A stretch of 64,000 nt of DNA from contig OX597823.1 in assembly GCA_951406725.2 (NCBI GenBank), forward strand, positions 55,428,001 through 55,492,000. The letters run 5' to 3'. This DNA comes from Octopus vulgaris (lineage: Eukaryota). Positions 1 through 13,431 of this stretch are shown piece by piece (the first letter of the stretch is position 1; the number at the start of each line of letters is the position of its first letter). The position numbers were made by a program, and so were the translations under genes. Below the pieces are notes generated by a model. That model worked only from the letters and a program-made list of their open reading frames with translations. It ran no database searches and was not told where the DNA came from.

Positions 1-221
1 TGAACAAACCAAACCACAACACACGCTTGCACGTATACACACACCCGTGCGCGCGCACACACACACACACGTGTGTGTGCATAATAAAAATCATATAAAT
101 AAAATTACCAACTAACTAATTATAGATGAGCATGTGTATTTTTTTGTGTGTATGGAACTAAATACTTAAATATTCTAATAACTAAATTTAAAATCTAATT
201 TCATAACCAATAATTATATAC

Positions 222-280
<59 letters not shown>

Positions 281-386
281 GGTATTCATAACGTAAATTA
301 CTGAAAACAGATGTGAACGTTTGAGCCTAAGTATGTGCTTGTGTGTGTATACAAGCGCGCACACTTATATATGTATGTATGTATGC

Positions 387-419
<33 letters not shown>

Positions 420-593
420 TGTATGTATGTATGTATGTATGTATATGTATATATACACGTATGGTTAGACACACACACATGCGTAAGCACTCACGCATAT
501 GCAGATATGTATGCGCAGATATTTTTATACACATGACTGTATATGAACGCAAGTATATATATATATATATATGTCTATGTATGTATATGTATG

Positions 594-658
<65 letters not shown>

Positions 659-659
659 A

Positions 660-741
<82 letters not shown>

Positions 742-991
742 CATTCAAATTTCAACAATAAAGAATGGTGTCTCCAGCCGGGAGACAAGGTTCTTGTCAA
801 TAGAAATTTGGCAACAGTAACAAGGAGAACGACTTCAACTGCAGCTGCTAAAGCAAGACCTATGCCGGAATATGAGAATCTGGCATCGTATTACCGTTTC
901 ATTCGTGTATGCATAGGTGCCTCAGAGTGTCCGTATAAATGCGTTGATATGATTTTTAACATGTATGTATATATGTATTCATGCCTCTATG

Positions 992-1025
<34 letters not shown>

Positions 1026-1383
1026 TGTATGTATGTATGTATGTATGTATGTATGTATGTATGTATGCATGTATGTATGTATGTATGTATGTATGTATGT
1101 ATGTATGTATGTATGTATGTATGCATTTTTGTGTCTATATGTTTGCTTGCATGTATGCATGCATGGACGGATGGATTGCTGGACGGATGTATGTATGTAT
1201 TGATGTGTGTGTGTGTGTGTGCATGTATGTATGCGTGTGTGCATGTATGTATGCATGTATGCATGCGTACTTATGGATGGGTGTTTGGATGTATATGTAA
1301 TTATACGTATGCATCTATGAAAGAATGAATGTGAATTATTATTTCAATTTTCAAAGCAAATATACATACATACGTAATACTAT

Positions 1384-1450
<67 letters not shown>

Positions 1451-1570
1451 ATGTATGTATGTATGTATGTATGCATGTGTATGTATAGATATATAGATAT
1501 ATAAATATGTATGTATTTGTCTATGTATGTATATATACATATATGTATATATATGCGTGTATATACATAC

Positions 1571-1639
<69 letters not shown>

Positions 1640-2224
1640 TATACATATATACTTAATTCATATACTACAATTGATCATGATATCTGGGACAATAAAAATC
1701 TGCAAGGTATTCTTAAAATTTAAAGGAAGGTGAACAAAATAAGATGCTTTCCTGTTTAACCTTGCTACCAAACTGGTGGCTGGTCAAAATTTATTCTAAA
1801 TGAAAAAGAGAACAAGCAAATAAACATATGTACGTACCTATGTACTAGCTTATGTACATGCATTTATATAAATAATCCATGAATATCATAGACGATGTGG
1901 GTTCCAGCCCAACGGGCAATTTTTTCAACCTATTTTTTACATGCTGTTTTCCCTTCCTTTATCTAAGGTGGCAAGCAAATAGAATTGTTAGCAGGCTGGA
2001 CAAAATGCTAAATGGCATCTCTTCCGGTTTTTTACGTTCGGAGTTCAGATTTCGCCGAGATTGACTAAGCCTGTCATCTTTTCGTGGTCGATAAAATAAG
2101 TACGCACGCACACACATACAAACACACACTAAGTTGAAGCACTAAAATTTAGTGCGGTATTATCCGTACAACTTCAAAATAAGATGAATAAAAATCAAAA
2201 TAAGCAACAGGATACCCAGGGGTG

Positions 2225-2312
2225 ATGCAGTACGACCGTTTCAAGCGGTTCCATTTAATTGATCAAGGCAATCATTACATCGATTTAAATGCAGAGCTAT
2301 CCTCAGCTGCAT
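2225..2312 (-). ncRNA. Minimal type I hammerhead ribozyme motif
   Basis: Minus strand: AUGCAG-CUGAGGA-uAGC...GCUu-GAAAC-GGUC-GUA-CUGCAU. Perfect 6-bp stem I, complete core, 1-bp stem III plus tetraloop. The first stem II pair is a U-U mismatch. Confidence 0.75.
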
Positions 2313-3357
2313 AAATAAATAGTATATTTTTAATCAGTCGAACACATTTGTATAATTTTACTTAAATCCTTTAAGGGGGTAAGAAGACAGACAAAGTCTA
2401 TGTTGTTGTCACTTCAGCTTAGAAGTTTCTAAGACATCTGGAAAAAATCTGTTTGGGTCATAGCTTGTCACCGATTTTGGTTCAGTTTTAATTTATTAGT
2501 CTTGTTTATCAAATTTTTGTATATCAAATTTAAAACTAGAGAATAGTGTCTGTTAGGAAAGGGCATGAGAGAGTTGACAGAATCATAATGGATGTAATCA
2601 TAAAACTTGTCAAGATTATTTTGAAGTAGTATAAATTAACTGGCGATAATGATGAGATTGAGTAATGGAAGATCCCAAATCAAGATGTTAATTACCAGTT
2701 AAAGGAGCAAGACGCTAATAGAACCAATGATGATAATACAGAGGAAATATTATCATGGGCTACTATAGGTGATTGATTTTAGCAATATTGTTATATTGTA
2801 TAAAAATAAAATTTAGGGTTATTAAGAAAAATATTATAACCAAAAAGAGAAATTTTGAATAATTTTGAATATATACCAAAATTTTCAACAATAGAGAGAA
2901 AAAATTACATAGAATTAGTTTAATATTCATTCATATACTTAATTATTTACTTATTAGGTGGTATCTATGAAGACTGATCACTGGTATTTACTAAAGGAAT
3001 ACTGTGGTGATAGAACATACTAATTATATATCAATTATAATCTAAGAAGTATATTATAAGTTGTTAAGTTCCCGGTGCTATTATATACAATCTAATATAA
3101 ATTTTTAGGAGTACAAAATTAGGAGGTTTACTTACATAAAGGCTATTATTAAAAAAATATGATCAGAAGTGTGGAACACCATAGAAAGGAATAAATAGTT
3201 TAATCACTAAAAGCCATGATGAAGTTGGACTAACTAGGCAGGAATATTCGTAGGATAGATAGTATACTAATTCTATGTAGCACACTAACTTACTATACTA
3301 TATAGCTTATATTGTATGCAATGTACTTAAATTCTTCATGTAACTGAATATCACCTG

Positions 3358-3417
<60 letters not shown>

Positions 3418-3514
3418 CTAGAGGGTAAGTATAATTAGATACAACACTGAAATTTTAAAAGACAGTTTCCATCAATCCAGTTCAAGCACAACACCTATAA
3501 AACTCTAATTTCGA

Positions 3515-3870
3515 AAATATTTAAATGTACAGGTGACACTATGTACGCATGATACCTTAGTTCTAATCTATTGTTAATCAGGTTGCTCTTGCTCTTATGC
3601 TTAAAAATCTCATATGTTTCCGTAGAGCACAGCTCACACGCGTATCTACTAATTCTATATGGCTGTGCTATCCCTATTATTTCCCATTCAAGGCTAAACT
3701 TGATCCCGCTTCCCTTCAGTTCCTAAATCTTACTAGATAATGACTTACAATTAGCCTTATGTTTAAGTCTAAAAGAGGAAAAAGGATTATAAATAGGGTT
3801 TTTTTTTTTCATATTAATCGAACATTCAATATACATATAGTTACCAGTTATAGTTATGAACATTTTAATA
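3515..3870 (-). mobile_element. Penelope-like retroelement remnant, GIY-YIG endonuclease C-terminus
   Basis: Translation YMYIECSINMKK..SSFRLKHKANCKSLSSKI*ELK..LEWEIIGIAQPY..CELCSTETYEI matches the GIY-YIG end of the element at 9.5-9.9 kb; stops and frameshifts present. Confidence 0.8.
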
Positions 3871-3880
3871 TTTGTAAAAT

Positions 3881-3925
3881 AAACAGTCTGACGAACGAGA
3901 ACGTGAAACTCTGAATAGCTGGTTT
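3881..3925 (+). ncRNA. Minimal type I hammerhead motif in an inverted Penelope terminus
   Basis: CAGU-CUGACGA-ACG agaa CGU-GAAAC-UCUGA-AUA-GCUG. It abuts the minus-strand GIY-YIG remnant in opposite orientation. A sister copy lies at 7578-7621. Confidence 0.7.
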
Positions 3926-4175
3926 TTGCGATATTTTTGTAACGTTTTTGCAGCTTTAATAATAATAAAGCATAATACTCTACCTTCGGTATTCGAGTAC
4001 TATTCTTTTCCACCTTATTTCATATTTAAATGCTTACATTAGCGTGCTAAAATAAGAATTAATTTTATCGTGGGTTGGGGGATTTAACTACTATTTCTAG
4101 GGTGTTGGAAAACCACTCAGTGACTTTTCCCCTCGTGTATTATTTTTATACACATATTTATATATGTATATATAT

Positions 4176-4251
<76 letters not shown>

Positions 4252-4253
<2 letters not shown>

Positions 4254-4597
4254 GCAGGAGAGGCTGTGTGGTGAGAAGCTTGCTTATCTACCACATGGTT
4301 CTGGGTTCAGTCCCACTGCATGGCACATTGGGCAAGTGTCTTCTACTACAGCGTCGGGCCGACCAAAGCCTTCTGAGTGGATTTGGTAGACGGAAACTGA
4401 AAGAAGCCCGTCGTATATATATATATTTTATGTATCCCTGTGTGTCTGTGTTTGTCCCTCCGTCGTCGCTTGACGACCGATGTTGGTGTGTTTACGTCTC
4501 CGTAACCTAGCTGTTCGGCAAAAGACCCCGATAGAATAGGTACTTTGTTCGACTAAAGGCGGTCCTTCAGCATGACCGCAGTCACATGACTGAAAGA
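4252..4597 (+). mobile_element. tRNA-derived CORE-type SINE (family B) with internal microsatellite
   Basis: A/B-box-like head (ggctgtgtggtg..ggttcagtccc), CORE-like ttgggcaagtgtcttc and the conserved tail ending aaggcggt..cagcatg..gactgaaa. Many copies occur in the window. Confidence 0.85.
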
Positions 4598-4745
4598 ATA
4601 TATATACGCTTGAAAATTTATATATATATATATATATTTATTATTATTATATATATTGTTGTATTTTGGAATGGTCATTTTGCCAGTTTAGCCAATAAAA
4701 ACACACGCATTATATATTTGGTGTTACTTTGCTTCAGTGTTATTG

Positions 4746-4925
4746 AAACACACCAACATCGGTCGTCAAACGACGACGGAGGGACAAACACAGATACATA
4801 AAATATATATATACGACAGGCTTCTTTCAGTTTCCGTCTACCAAATCCACTCAGAAGGTTTTGGCCGGCCCGACGCTGTAGTAGAAGACACTTGCCCAAT
4901 ATGCCACGCAGTGGGACTGAACCCA
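4746..4925 (-). mobile_element. Partial family B SINE, inverted copy of about 4300-4495
   Basis: Reverse complement shares private variants (actacagcgtcggg, ccttctgagtgg, ccctccgtcgtcg) with the neighbouring plus-strand copy. Confidence 0.8.
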
Positions 4926-4951
4926 GTATTATACACACACACACACACACA

Positions 4952-5032
<81 letters not shown>

Positions 5033-5889
5033 GTGTGTGTATGAATGCATCTAGGAATATATGTAAAAGCGAGAGCGAGAGAGAGAATGGAGGAGAGAGA
5101 GCGAGAGAAGGAGAGAAAGGGAAAATAGTTTTAAAAATCGTAAATATTCTTATTTAACACGTACATACATAGACAAGTATATTCATATTTACACACATAC
5201 TCCTCTTTCACGCACACACACTGACACAAATATGTATGTATATACAAACACACACACACACACATATTCATATTCACACACACACACACCCACACACATA
5301 ATTCCTCACGCATGTCTGTATGTGTATAGTTATGTCTGAGTAGTGTTCTGCTTCCACTTGTCAAAACGTGTTAGTAAGACTGGGAAAGTATTATCGTTGG
5401 ATGAATTTTGCTGAAAAGCTTTAAGGGACACGAGAAGCGTGATAATTTTTAGATCTCTGTGGAGTATGTTGGTAATTTCGACGATATAATTTACAAATAT
5501 GGAAGGGTGGATCACGAATGAATTGCGAGAAGAAATTCGGAGCGGTATTAATGAAGAAATATCGAACCCGTTTGTTTTTGTTCTATTTTCTTTATTTCAG
5601 TATTTATTTATTCATAAGATAAATCTCATGTATTAAGAAGTATTGATTTCAAAACTTGGTATAAGACGGTAAATTTTTATTAAGAGCACAATCGATTAAA
5701 TCGACTGCAATACTTCTCTGGTATTATAATCTATCGGATCCTAAGTTTCGATAGACAAAGACGACCTCGATGGAATCTGAAATCAGAGCGTAGTGTGTCG
5801 TAATTAAATATACCATAAGGCATTTTGTCCAAAAGTTTTACACTTCTATCAATCTACCAGTTACTGTAATTTGTCATATAAAATAAATA

Positions 5890-6160
5890 GTAAGTAATGT
5901 TCATAGCCACTTCAACATGGCTGTTCTGTTCGAACGGACTTTACTGCCATTTTTTTTTTAACCCCAAGAGGACGTCTCTTCTAGCTGATTAATGATGCAC
6001 ACCTGCATCTGATATATTGCGAGAAGGGGAGCGAACGCCTATCACATTCTAGCAACAGGACCAGCATACCAGTCTGGTTTCGGACTATTTCTGTCTCTCT
6101 TCAGGACTGGACACCTCGTCAGCTAGAGATGATAGTAGCTCGCTTCTGCTCGCAATATAT
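5890..6160 (-). mobile_element. Short HHR-bearing non-coding repeat
   Basis: Homologous to 50590-50792. 6012-6160 is bounded by the inverted termini atatattgcgag/ctcgcaatatat. Confidence 0.6.
6061..6110 (-). ncRNA. Type I hammerhead motif
   Basis: Minus strand: CCAGUc-CUGAAGA-GAGAC agaaaua GUCC-GAAAC-CAGACUG-GUA-uGCUGG. Stem III is the near-palindrome ACCAG(A)CUGGU. Confidence 0.65.
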
Positions 6161-6169
6161 ATAAATTCA

Positions 6170-6622
6170 GGGCGGCGAGCTAGCGGAGTCATTAGCACGC
6201 CGGCTTAGCGGTATTTCGTCTGCCGTTACGTTCTGAGTTCAAATTCCGCCGAGGTCGACTTTGCCTTTCATCTTTTCGGGGTCGATTAAATAAGTACCAG
6301 TTACGTACTGGGGTCGATGTAATCGACTTAATCCGTTTGTCTGTCCTTGTTTGTCCCCTCTGTGTTTAGCCCCTTGTGGGTAGTAAAGAAATACATATTT
6401 TAAGGCGACGAGCTGGCAGAAACGTTAGCACGCCGGACGAAATCGAAATACTTAGCGGTATTTCGTCTATCTTTATGCTCTGAGTTCAAATTCTGCCGGG
6501 GTCGACTTTGCTTTTCATCTTTTCGAGGTCGATAAATTAAGTACCAACTGCATACTAGGGTCGATCTAATCGACTGGCCCTCTCCCCCAAAATTTCGGGC
6601 CTTGTGCCTAGAGTAGAAAGGA
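6170..6622 (+). mobile_element. Two tandem tRNA-derived SINEs (family A, Nin/Deu-like central domain)
   Basis: Head ggcggcgagct.gc.ga, B box gagttcaaattc and central gtcgactttgcctttcatc.tttcggggtcgat..aagtaccag. Confidence 0.85.
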
Positions 6623-7374
6623 ATATATATATAAATTCAAGCGACACAGTCGCTGATTTTGCAACTAGCAAAAAAGCTAGTTCCAAAATCTCACTAAGAG
6701 ATGTTGTTACGAACATTTTACTTGCTAGTACAACTATTGTGTTCATCTCATAAAGAGATTTTAGAACAAGTTTTTTTTTGCTTGTAACATAAATAGTACT
6801 TTCTATTTAATCTTTCGCTGAAAACAAGACTTTGTTTGGTTTAAAGAACTAGTACCTTTCATTTCTAATCTTTTTATTTGAGCAAAGAAACAGAAGGGGA
6901 AATATTTGGATTTTACCTTGTGAAGCGTAACTGAAATTAAAGAAAGATCTTGTTAGAGGGAGTGAGAGACCTGGTTACAAAGACTGTAGCACACGCTAAT
7001 CCAAAGAACAAATATTTGGTGTCACTTGAGATCACGAAAACAGAAGCAGCTACGTATGTGTGTGTGTGTGCCTGTGCATTTGTTTGTATGTATGTATGCA
7101 TGTATGTATGTATGTATGTGTGTATGCATGTATGTATGTATGTATGTATGTATGTATGTATGTATGTATGTATGTATGTATGCATGTATGTATGCATGTA
7201 TGCATGTATGTATGTATGTATGTTTGTATGTATGTATGCATGTATGTATGTATGTATGTATGTATGCATGTATGTATGTGTGTATGTATGTATGCATGTA
7301 TGTATGTATGTATGTATGTATGTATGTATGTATGTATGTATGTATGTATGTATGTATGTATGTATGTATGTATG

Positions 7375-7514
7375 TGACTGTGGTGTAAGAAGTTTGCTTC
7401 CCAACAACATGGTTCCGGGTTCAGTCCCCTTTCGAGGCACTGTGGGTGAGTGTCTTCTACTGTAGTCCAGAATCAATTAAAGTCTTGTGAGTGGACGGAA
7501 ACTGAAGGTGCATC

Positions 7515-7515
<1 letters not shown>
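7375..7515 (+). mobile_element. Family B SINE, 5' half
   Basis: ggtgtaagaagtttgcttcccaac..ggttccgggttcagtccc..gtgtcttctac, then (TG)n. Confidence 0.75.
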
Positions 7516-7553
<38 letters not shown>

Positions 7554-7577
7554 AATTTAAACTATATATAGATCATC

Positions 7578-7621
7578 AAACTGTCCGACGAATAGGAACG
7601 TGAAACTCTGAGTAGCAGTTT
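7578..7621 (+). ncRNA. Decayed minimal hammerhead motif (same family as 3881)
   Basis: AAACUGU-CCGACGA-auaggaacgu-GAAAC-UCUGA-GUA-GCAGUUU. 7-bp stem I; core U-to-C change. Downstream flank is homologous to about 3925-4010. Confidence 0.65.
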
Positions 7622-7723
7622 TTGTGATGTTGCACTTCAATTAATTAAGCATATTACACTACCTCCTATATTCGAGTACCTTGTTTCACAATTACGTGCT
7701 TACTTTGTGAGTGCATGTGTATG

Positions 7724-7787
<64 letters not shown>

Positions 7788-7933
7788 CAAAGCAATTAAG
7801 ATTCAAGTAAATTCCAATGAATTTACTTGAATGTGGTACTTAACTTAGATGCACCAGAAAAACTATATGGTGTTAACCATACAGTAATGTGGGGTGATTA
7901 TAAACGAGAAAGAAGCAACAAGAATGGATTAGT

Positions 7934-8024
7934 TTTTAGTACAATTGTTTCATACAAAGACAGGCTTTATTACAAGTTGCAAAAATTGCAGCAGATAAAA
8001 GTGTCCCGTACTCATCAGCTAAAA
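7934..8024 (-). ncRNA. Minimal type I hammerhead ribozyme in Penelope terminus
   Basis: UUUUAG-CUGAUGA-GUACGGGACA...UGUCUUUGUAU-GAAAC-AAUU-GUA-CUAAAA. Intact core and palindromic loop III. Confidence 0.88.
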
Positions 8025-8140
8025 TACATATGAGTTCTCTAGACATCTTAGTGGGTGAGGTTATACTCATGAAATATTGGAGATAATTCCATTAAAGGCA
8101 GATATAGGTTGTAAACAGTTTTCCAAAGTTCCTTAATGAT

Positions 8141-8330
8141 GATGCACAGTCTTATCACAGATTTTTAAAAACTTATTAGTTTCGAAGAGAAGATGAATTA
8201 ATCCATAGTGTAGATTTAAATTTCCAGAGATATGAGGAGGAGGATGCACAGACTTATCACAGGTTTTTGAAAACTTATTAGCTTCACAGAAAAGGTGAAT
8301 TAATCCGTAGTGAAGATTTAAATTTCCAGC
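8141..8330. repeat. Imperfect tandem duplication, unit about 102 bp
   Basis: gatgcacag.cttatcacag.ttttt.aaaacttattag...gatttaaatttccag occurs at 8141 and 8243. Confidence 0.8.
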
Positions 8331-10892
8331 GGTAAGAGGAGGAATTTCATACTCACAGATGATGTATTTAACCATTATTAATCCACAATCATTTCATGCT
8401 ATATGATAAGGTAATTTGCCATATTACTGCTCTCCGTGCAAAACTGCTATGTTAAGATTTCTAAAGGCTGAAGGAATTTATTTGTGGGGCAAAGAAAATA
8501 AAATAAAAGAAAAAAGAAAAGAGACAAGGAAAAAAGAAAAAGAAAAAGGAGAAGAAGAAGAAAGAAGGAAAAGAAAAAGAAAAAGAAAAAGAAAAAAGAA
8601 AAAAGAAAGAGAAACGGGGGAGAATGATAGAAAAGAAAAAGAAAAAGAAAAAGAAAAAAAGAAAAAGGAAAAGAAAAAAAGAAAAAAGGGGAAGAGGGAG
8701 AAAAGAAAAGGCGCCTATATAGAGTATACTGCGACAACTTAGCGGGAGGGGGTTCTAAAGTGACCAAATAGAGAAGAATTTGTAGACAACTTAGTTAGCT
8801 TGAATCTTTAAGAATTCAGGAACTATGAGGAGAAAATTTTTGACCAGTAAACAGCTATTTACTATCAACCTGCCACGGATGAAAGCAGATATGAATCTAA
8901 AGAGAATTTAAAGAGATAAACAAGGTCAGGGGTAGAGGGGTCAAAATCTATCGTCAAAAGGAAATACATTAAGAGAAAAAATCTAAGTGCAACCTTAACC
9001 AGAGGTCATTTAAATTATTTATTTATTTATTCATGTTACTGTCTTAAAAATTGTTGCCGTTACTATCAATACATTAACGGACTACCAGTCAAAAGCTAGA
9101 ATTTAATTAACAAGGTGTGATGGAATTGTCTATTTTATTGAAGTTTATCATACTACTTTCAAGGGAGTTTCTTCCCTTAATTAATTTTGTAATAGAATTG
9201 TTAAGCCTTAGTAACTTAATTTATTAAAGTAGTGTTACCTAAACTAGATTAAGTTCTAAAATTAAAGATTTAAAATTAAGATTTAAGAATTAAATAAACT
9301 CTAAAAATTAAGATTTAAGAATTAAGAATTAAATAAACTTTCATTTAAGCAATGTACGAGTACTATTTTATTTCCCAATGCTCAAAATCAGGTGTAGTTA
9401 TAAAGAAAAAGATAACTATAGTGTGAGAACTCGCAGTTATCTACTTAAAAGTAATGTTATACTAGTAAAGACCCGGTTATATTTATCTACCTATCTTGTT
9501 ACGATTATTCTATACAGTTATTCACTTAAAATATTTTAGAGTCTTCAATTTAGCGTGGACACAAACTTGTCCTACTTCAATATGGTTATTTAACAAGTTT
9601 CTATTTTTTCTATGCCTTAGAATTTCATAGGTCTCCATTGAGCAGAGTTGGCAACCAACCCTGCTATTTTTATACGGTATTGCTCTCCTAACTATTTCCC
9701 AATTAAGATTATAATTCTTGTTATTATTTTTGAGTTCCCAGATTTTACTTGAAAGTGTGGTGGTCCCAGCTTTATGACGTAATCTAAAAGATGAGATGTG
9801 ATTTCTAACTCTTTTATTAAAATTTATTGTGCATTCGATGTAAAAAAAATATGTTATTCTCAGTAGATATGGTACATTTATAGATTACGTTATTTTCCCC
9901 GCAAAGACCGGGTGCCGGGCATCTTGACTTAATTCTACACTTACACGCAGGAGGAACAACTTCGGAAGTTGGATTATTCATGGGTAGATGTCTTATGTTC
10001 CTATTATTTTGATTATCATGAGTATAATTATCCTTATTATTATTATTATTTTTATAGTTGGTGCTGTTATCTAAAGCATTGTTATTATTTATTGATCCTA
10101 TTGCTCCATCTTTTAGGTCTAAAGTCCTACCATGATTATTTACATTATTAGTAATGTTACTATTATTGTTAGTATTATTATCAAACTGTATATTGCTGCT
10201 ATAGATATCACTGATATTTTCCTTCTCCGCATTTTCTCTATTAGCCTTACTTCTATTATTAACATTTTTACTTCTATTAGTATCGGTATTATTACTACTC
10301 TTATTACTGCTAATATTATTTTTAGTCGTTTTGTGGTTACTGATTCCATCCGTGTTTTGATAGTTACAATTGTTGTGTTTATTGTTGTTAGTATTGCTAT
10401 AATTGTTATTGGTATTCATGTTGTTATTATTATTTTTATTTTCATCTTTCCTGGCTAGTTTAATGTTGTTATTAATCTTAGCTATTAAAGTGGACATATT
10501 TGGGAGGGTTGAATAAGAAATTCTAACTGTTTTCTTAGAAATAATTCTATGATATCTATGAGAGATTGGGAAATTTTTTCTAGAATTACTTTGAATTTGC
10601 TCCGTATATCCGATTGAATCGCACAGTTGGAAGGAATATTCAGCCATATTATATCTTTTTTATTTTTATTTCTATTAAATTTCCTTGAATTAGAATCAGG
10701 GTTCGTAGAATTATTATTATTATTCATCTTATCAAAGTCATTGTACTTACTTTTATCTGCTGCAATTTTTGCAACTTGTAATAAAGCCTGTCTTTGTATG
10801 AAACAATTGTACTAAAAACTAATCCATTCTTGTTGCTTCTTTCTCGTTTATAATCACCCCACATTACTGTATGGTTAACACCATACAGTAGA

Positions 10893-11272
10893 GTACGAAG
10901 AATTGGATTCTTCACGACGGCAATGCAACCTGTCCCCGAGCTCTCCTCTTTCGTAAGTTTCTCGCCAAAACGAACATGGTATCGCTTCCGACCCCGCCAG
11001 ATTTATTCGCCAGATTTAGCACCAGCGGACTTCCATTTATTCCCCAAGATGAAAATGCAGCTCAAATGTCGCCGTTTTAACGCTGTTGTCGAGTTCTCGA
11101 CTCGCTTACGGTAAACGACTTTCAGGCCGGATTCCAAAAGTGGCAAGATCGTTGGAGCCGATGTATTGCTGCGCAAGGTGACTATTTCGAATGAGATGTT
11201 GTTAAAACTTAGGTAAATAGTTATTTTTTTATTAAACATAACTAATCTGGGAGCCTTTTGATACCACCTTGT
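10893..11272 (+). mobile_element. Mariner transposase 3' remnant with right terminal repeat
   Basis: WILHDGNA..FLAK...YSPDLAPADFHLFPKMK..RRF..FQKWQDRW.RCI..QGDYFE, ending ccttttgataccaccttgt. Confidence 0.9.
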
Positions 11273-11371
11273 TCACTTGCAGATTATTTGAAGCTGTTAC
11301 AGGCAGAAATTACGGCTGTATGTCTAGTAACCATGTGGAGTTGCTACAGTGTTGGATTTTTACAATGCACA

Positions 11372-11812
11372 CGCGTGGCTGTGTGGTAAGAAGTTTGCTT
11401 CCCAGCCACATGGTTCCGGGTTCAGTCCCACAGCGTGGCAAGTGACTTCTAATATGGCCTTCAGCCAACCAAATTTTTGTGAGTGGATTTGGTCGACGGA
11501 AAGTGAAAGAAGCCCGTCGTATATGTGTGTGTGTGTGTGTGTTTTTGTGTGTGTGTGTGTATATGTGTTTGTGTGTGTGTGTGTGCGTGCGTGCGTGTGT
11601 GGCTCTGTGTATATGTGTCTGTTTTTACCTCATCGCTTGAAACCAGTGTCGGTGTACTTGCGTCCCCGTAAATAGCAGTTTGGCAAAATCGACTGATAGA
11701 ATAAGTATCAGGCTTTAAAAAAATAAGTACTGGGGTCTATTCTTCTGACTGAATGTCTTCAAGACGGTGCCCCAACATGACCAGAATCTAATAACTGTAA
11801 AGGATAAAAAGA
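11372..11812 (+). mobile_element. Family B SINE, full length with internal (TG)n
   Basis: Head, CORE-like segment, (TG)n spacer and tail are all present. Confidence 0.8.
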
Positions 11813-12033
11813 TAGATTGTCAATGCGAAGCTTTAACTGTGGGAACCTAGCTGTAACTGATTTTCTAACATGCTCCCAAACTGGAATCAAGGCTAGAAGC
11901 AATAATGAATTGCTATTGAGAATGGATTTTTTGGATCACCCATTTCGGATAATTCATTTGGTTGATGGGACTAATCCAGGACTTATCTTCATCAGCAGTC
12001 TCCATCTATTAGACTTTGCCTTTACAGGATAGT

Positions 12034-12172
12034 CCATCATCATCACCATCGCCATCTTCGCTTGTTATCATTATCATCATCGTCGTCGTCACCATCACCA
12101 CAACACCCATCAACATCAACCCCATCATCATCATCATCATCATCATCATCGTCGTCGTCGTCGTCGGCTTCG

Positions 12173-12210
<38 letters not shown>

Positions 12211-12481
12211 TTCAATAACGTCATCACCATCACCACCACTACCACTATCATCATCATCATCATCCCATCTACCTACTCCACAACCTCATCTACCACCCCT
12301 TCCACCACCAGCATCATCATGATCACCACCATCATCACTAAAACAGCCACCACCACCACCACCACCATCATCATCACCGTCGCCGTCGTCATCACCATCA
12401 GCAGCACCGCCACCGCCATCACCAGCAGCAGCATCACCACCACCACCACCACCACCTCTACTACCGCCAGCTCCATCATCA
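12034..12481. repeat. Compound (CAT/CAC/CGT)n trinucleotide tract
   Basis: Directly visible repeat. Confidence 0.9.
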
Positions 12482-12735
12482 TAGACTCAATTGTCAATGT
12501 AAGACGCTTTCAGATATCTTCGAACGTAGCCAAACATAAGAACAAGGACGAGAGCAACGACAACAGCAACATTCAAACGCTGTGCACACAATGACACACT
12601 CCTCCCCCACACTCTTCCTACACACTGAACAACCCATGCGCTCAATGGAAGCGTGAAACTTGATTCTAATTTGATGCCAATTCCCCAATGTGTGTCAAGA
12701 ATGTCGAAAGATTGATAGCAATACACCAGAGATCA

Positions 12736-12981
<246 letters not shown>

Positions 12982-13038
12982 ATATATATATTTAATTATC
13001 TATCCATCTATTGTTTATCTCTATCACACACACACACA

Positions 13039-13076
<38 letters not shown>

Positions 13077-13431
13077 ATCTGTTTATCTATTTCTCTATCT
13101 CTCTACTTATCTATCTACCTAATTTTTATTTTTCACTATTTATTTGTATTAGTTTATATTTTTTTATATTCCTATACCACACACCACACACCCATACGCA
13201 CGCACACACATGCACACGCACGCATGCACACACACATATGAATGCACATATACCTCCATACACAATCCTACACACACACACAACACACATACACAACGCA
13301 GACATACACACATACGCAATGCCTCGACTATCGCGGGAGTTACGCTTTAAAATCCCCGCGATAAGTGAAAATCCACGAAGCAGAAACAGTATTGTACTGT
13401 GTATTTCTTTTTATTTCTTTTATAATTTACT

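Larger units (their letters stand above)
7786..10886 (-). mobile_element. 5'-truncated Penelope-like retroelement with 3' HHR terminus and inverted partial terminus at the 5' end
   Basis: Minus-strand coding remnant about 9520-10745: IIWLNIP..KNFPISHRYHRIISKKTVRISYSTLPNM, Asn-rich linker, CKCRIKSRCP..C..NNVIYKC..(Y)IG..NHISSF..LSSKIWELK..CQLCSME (GIY-YIG). The 3' end abuts (TA)n at 7785. 10749-10886 is an inverted copy of about 7865-8002. Confidence 0.88.

Noticed and set aside
2330-3350. AT-rich stretch next to the 2225 HHR, suspected Penelope body
   Set aside because: I could not recover a convincing protein motif on either strand.
4252-4325. tRNA gene calls at SINE heads
   Set aside because: A/B-box-like motifs are present, but there is no complete cloverleaf and each continues into a SINE body.
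11931-11998. Minus-strand CUGAUGA..GAUAA/UUAUC..GAAAU-GGGUG-AUC HHR-like pattern
   Set aside because: Stem I is only 2 bp; it may be a decayed copy but cannot be supported.
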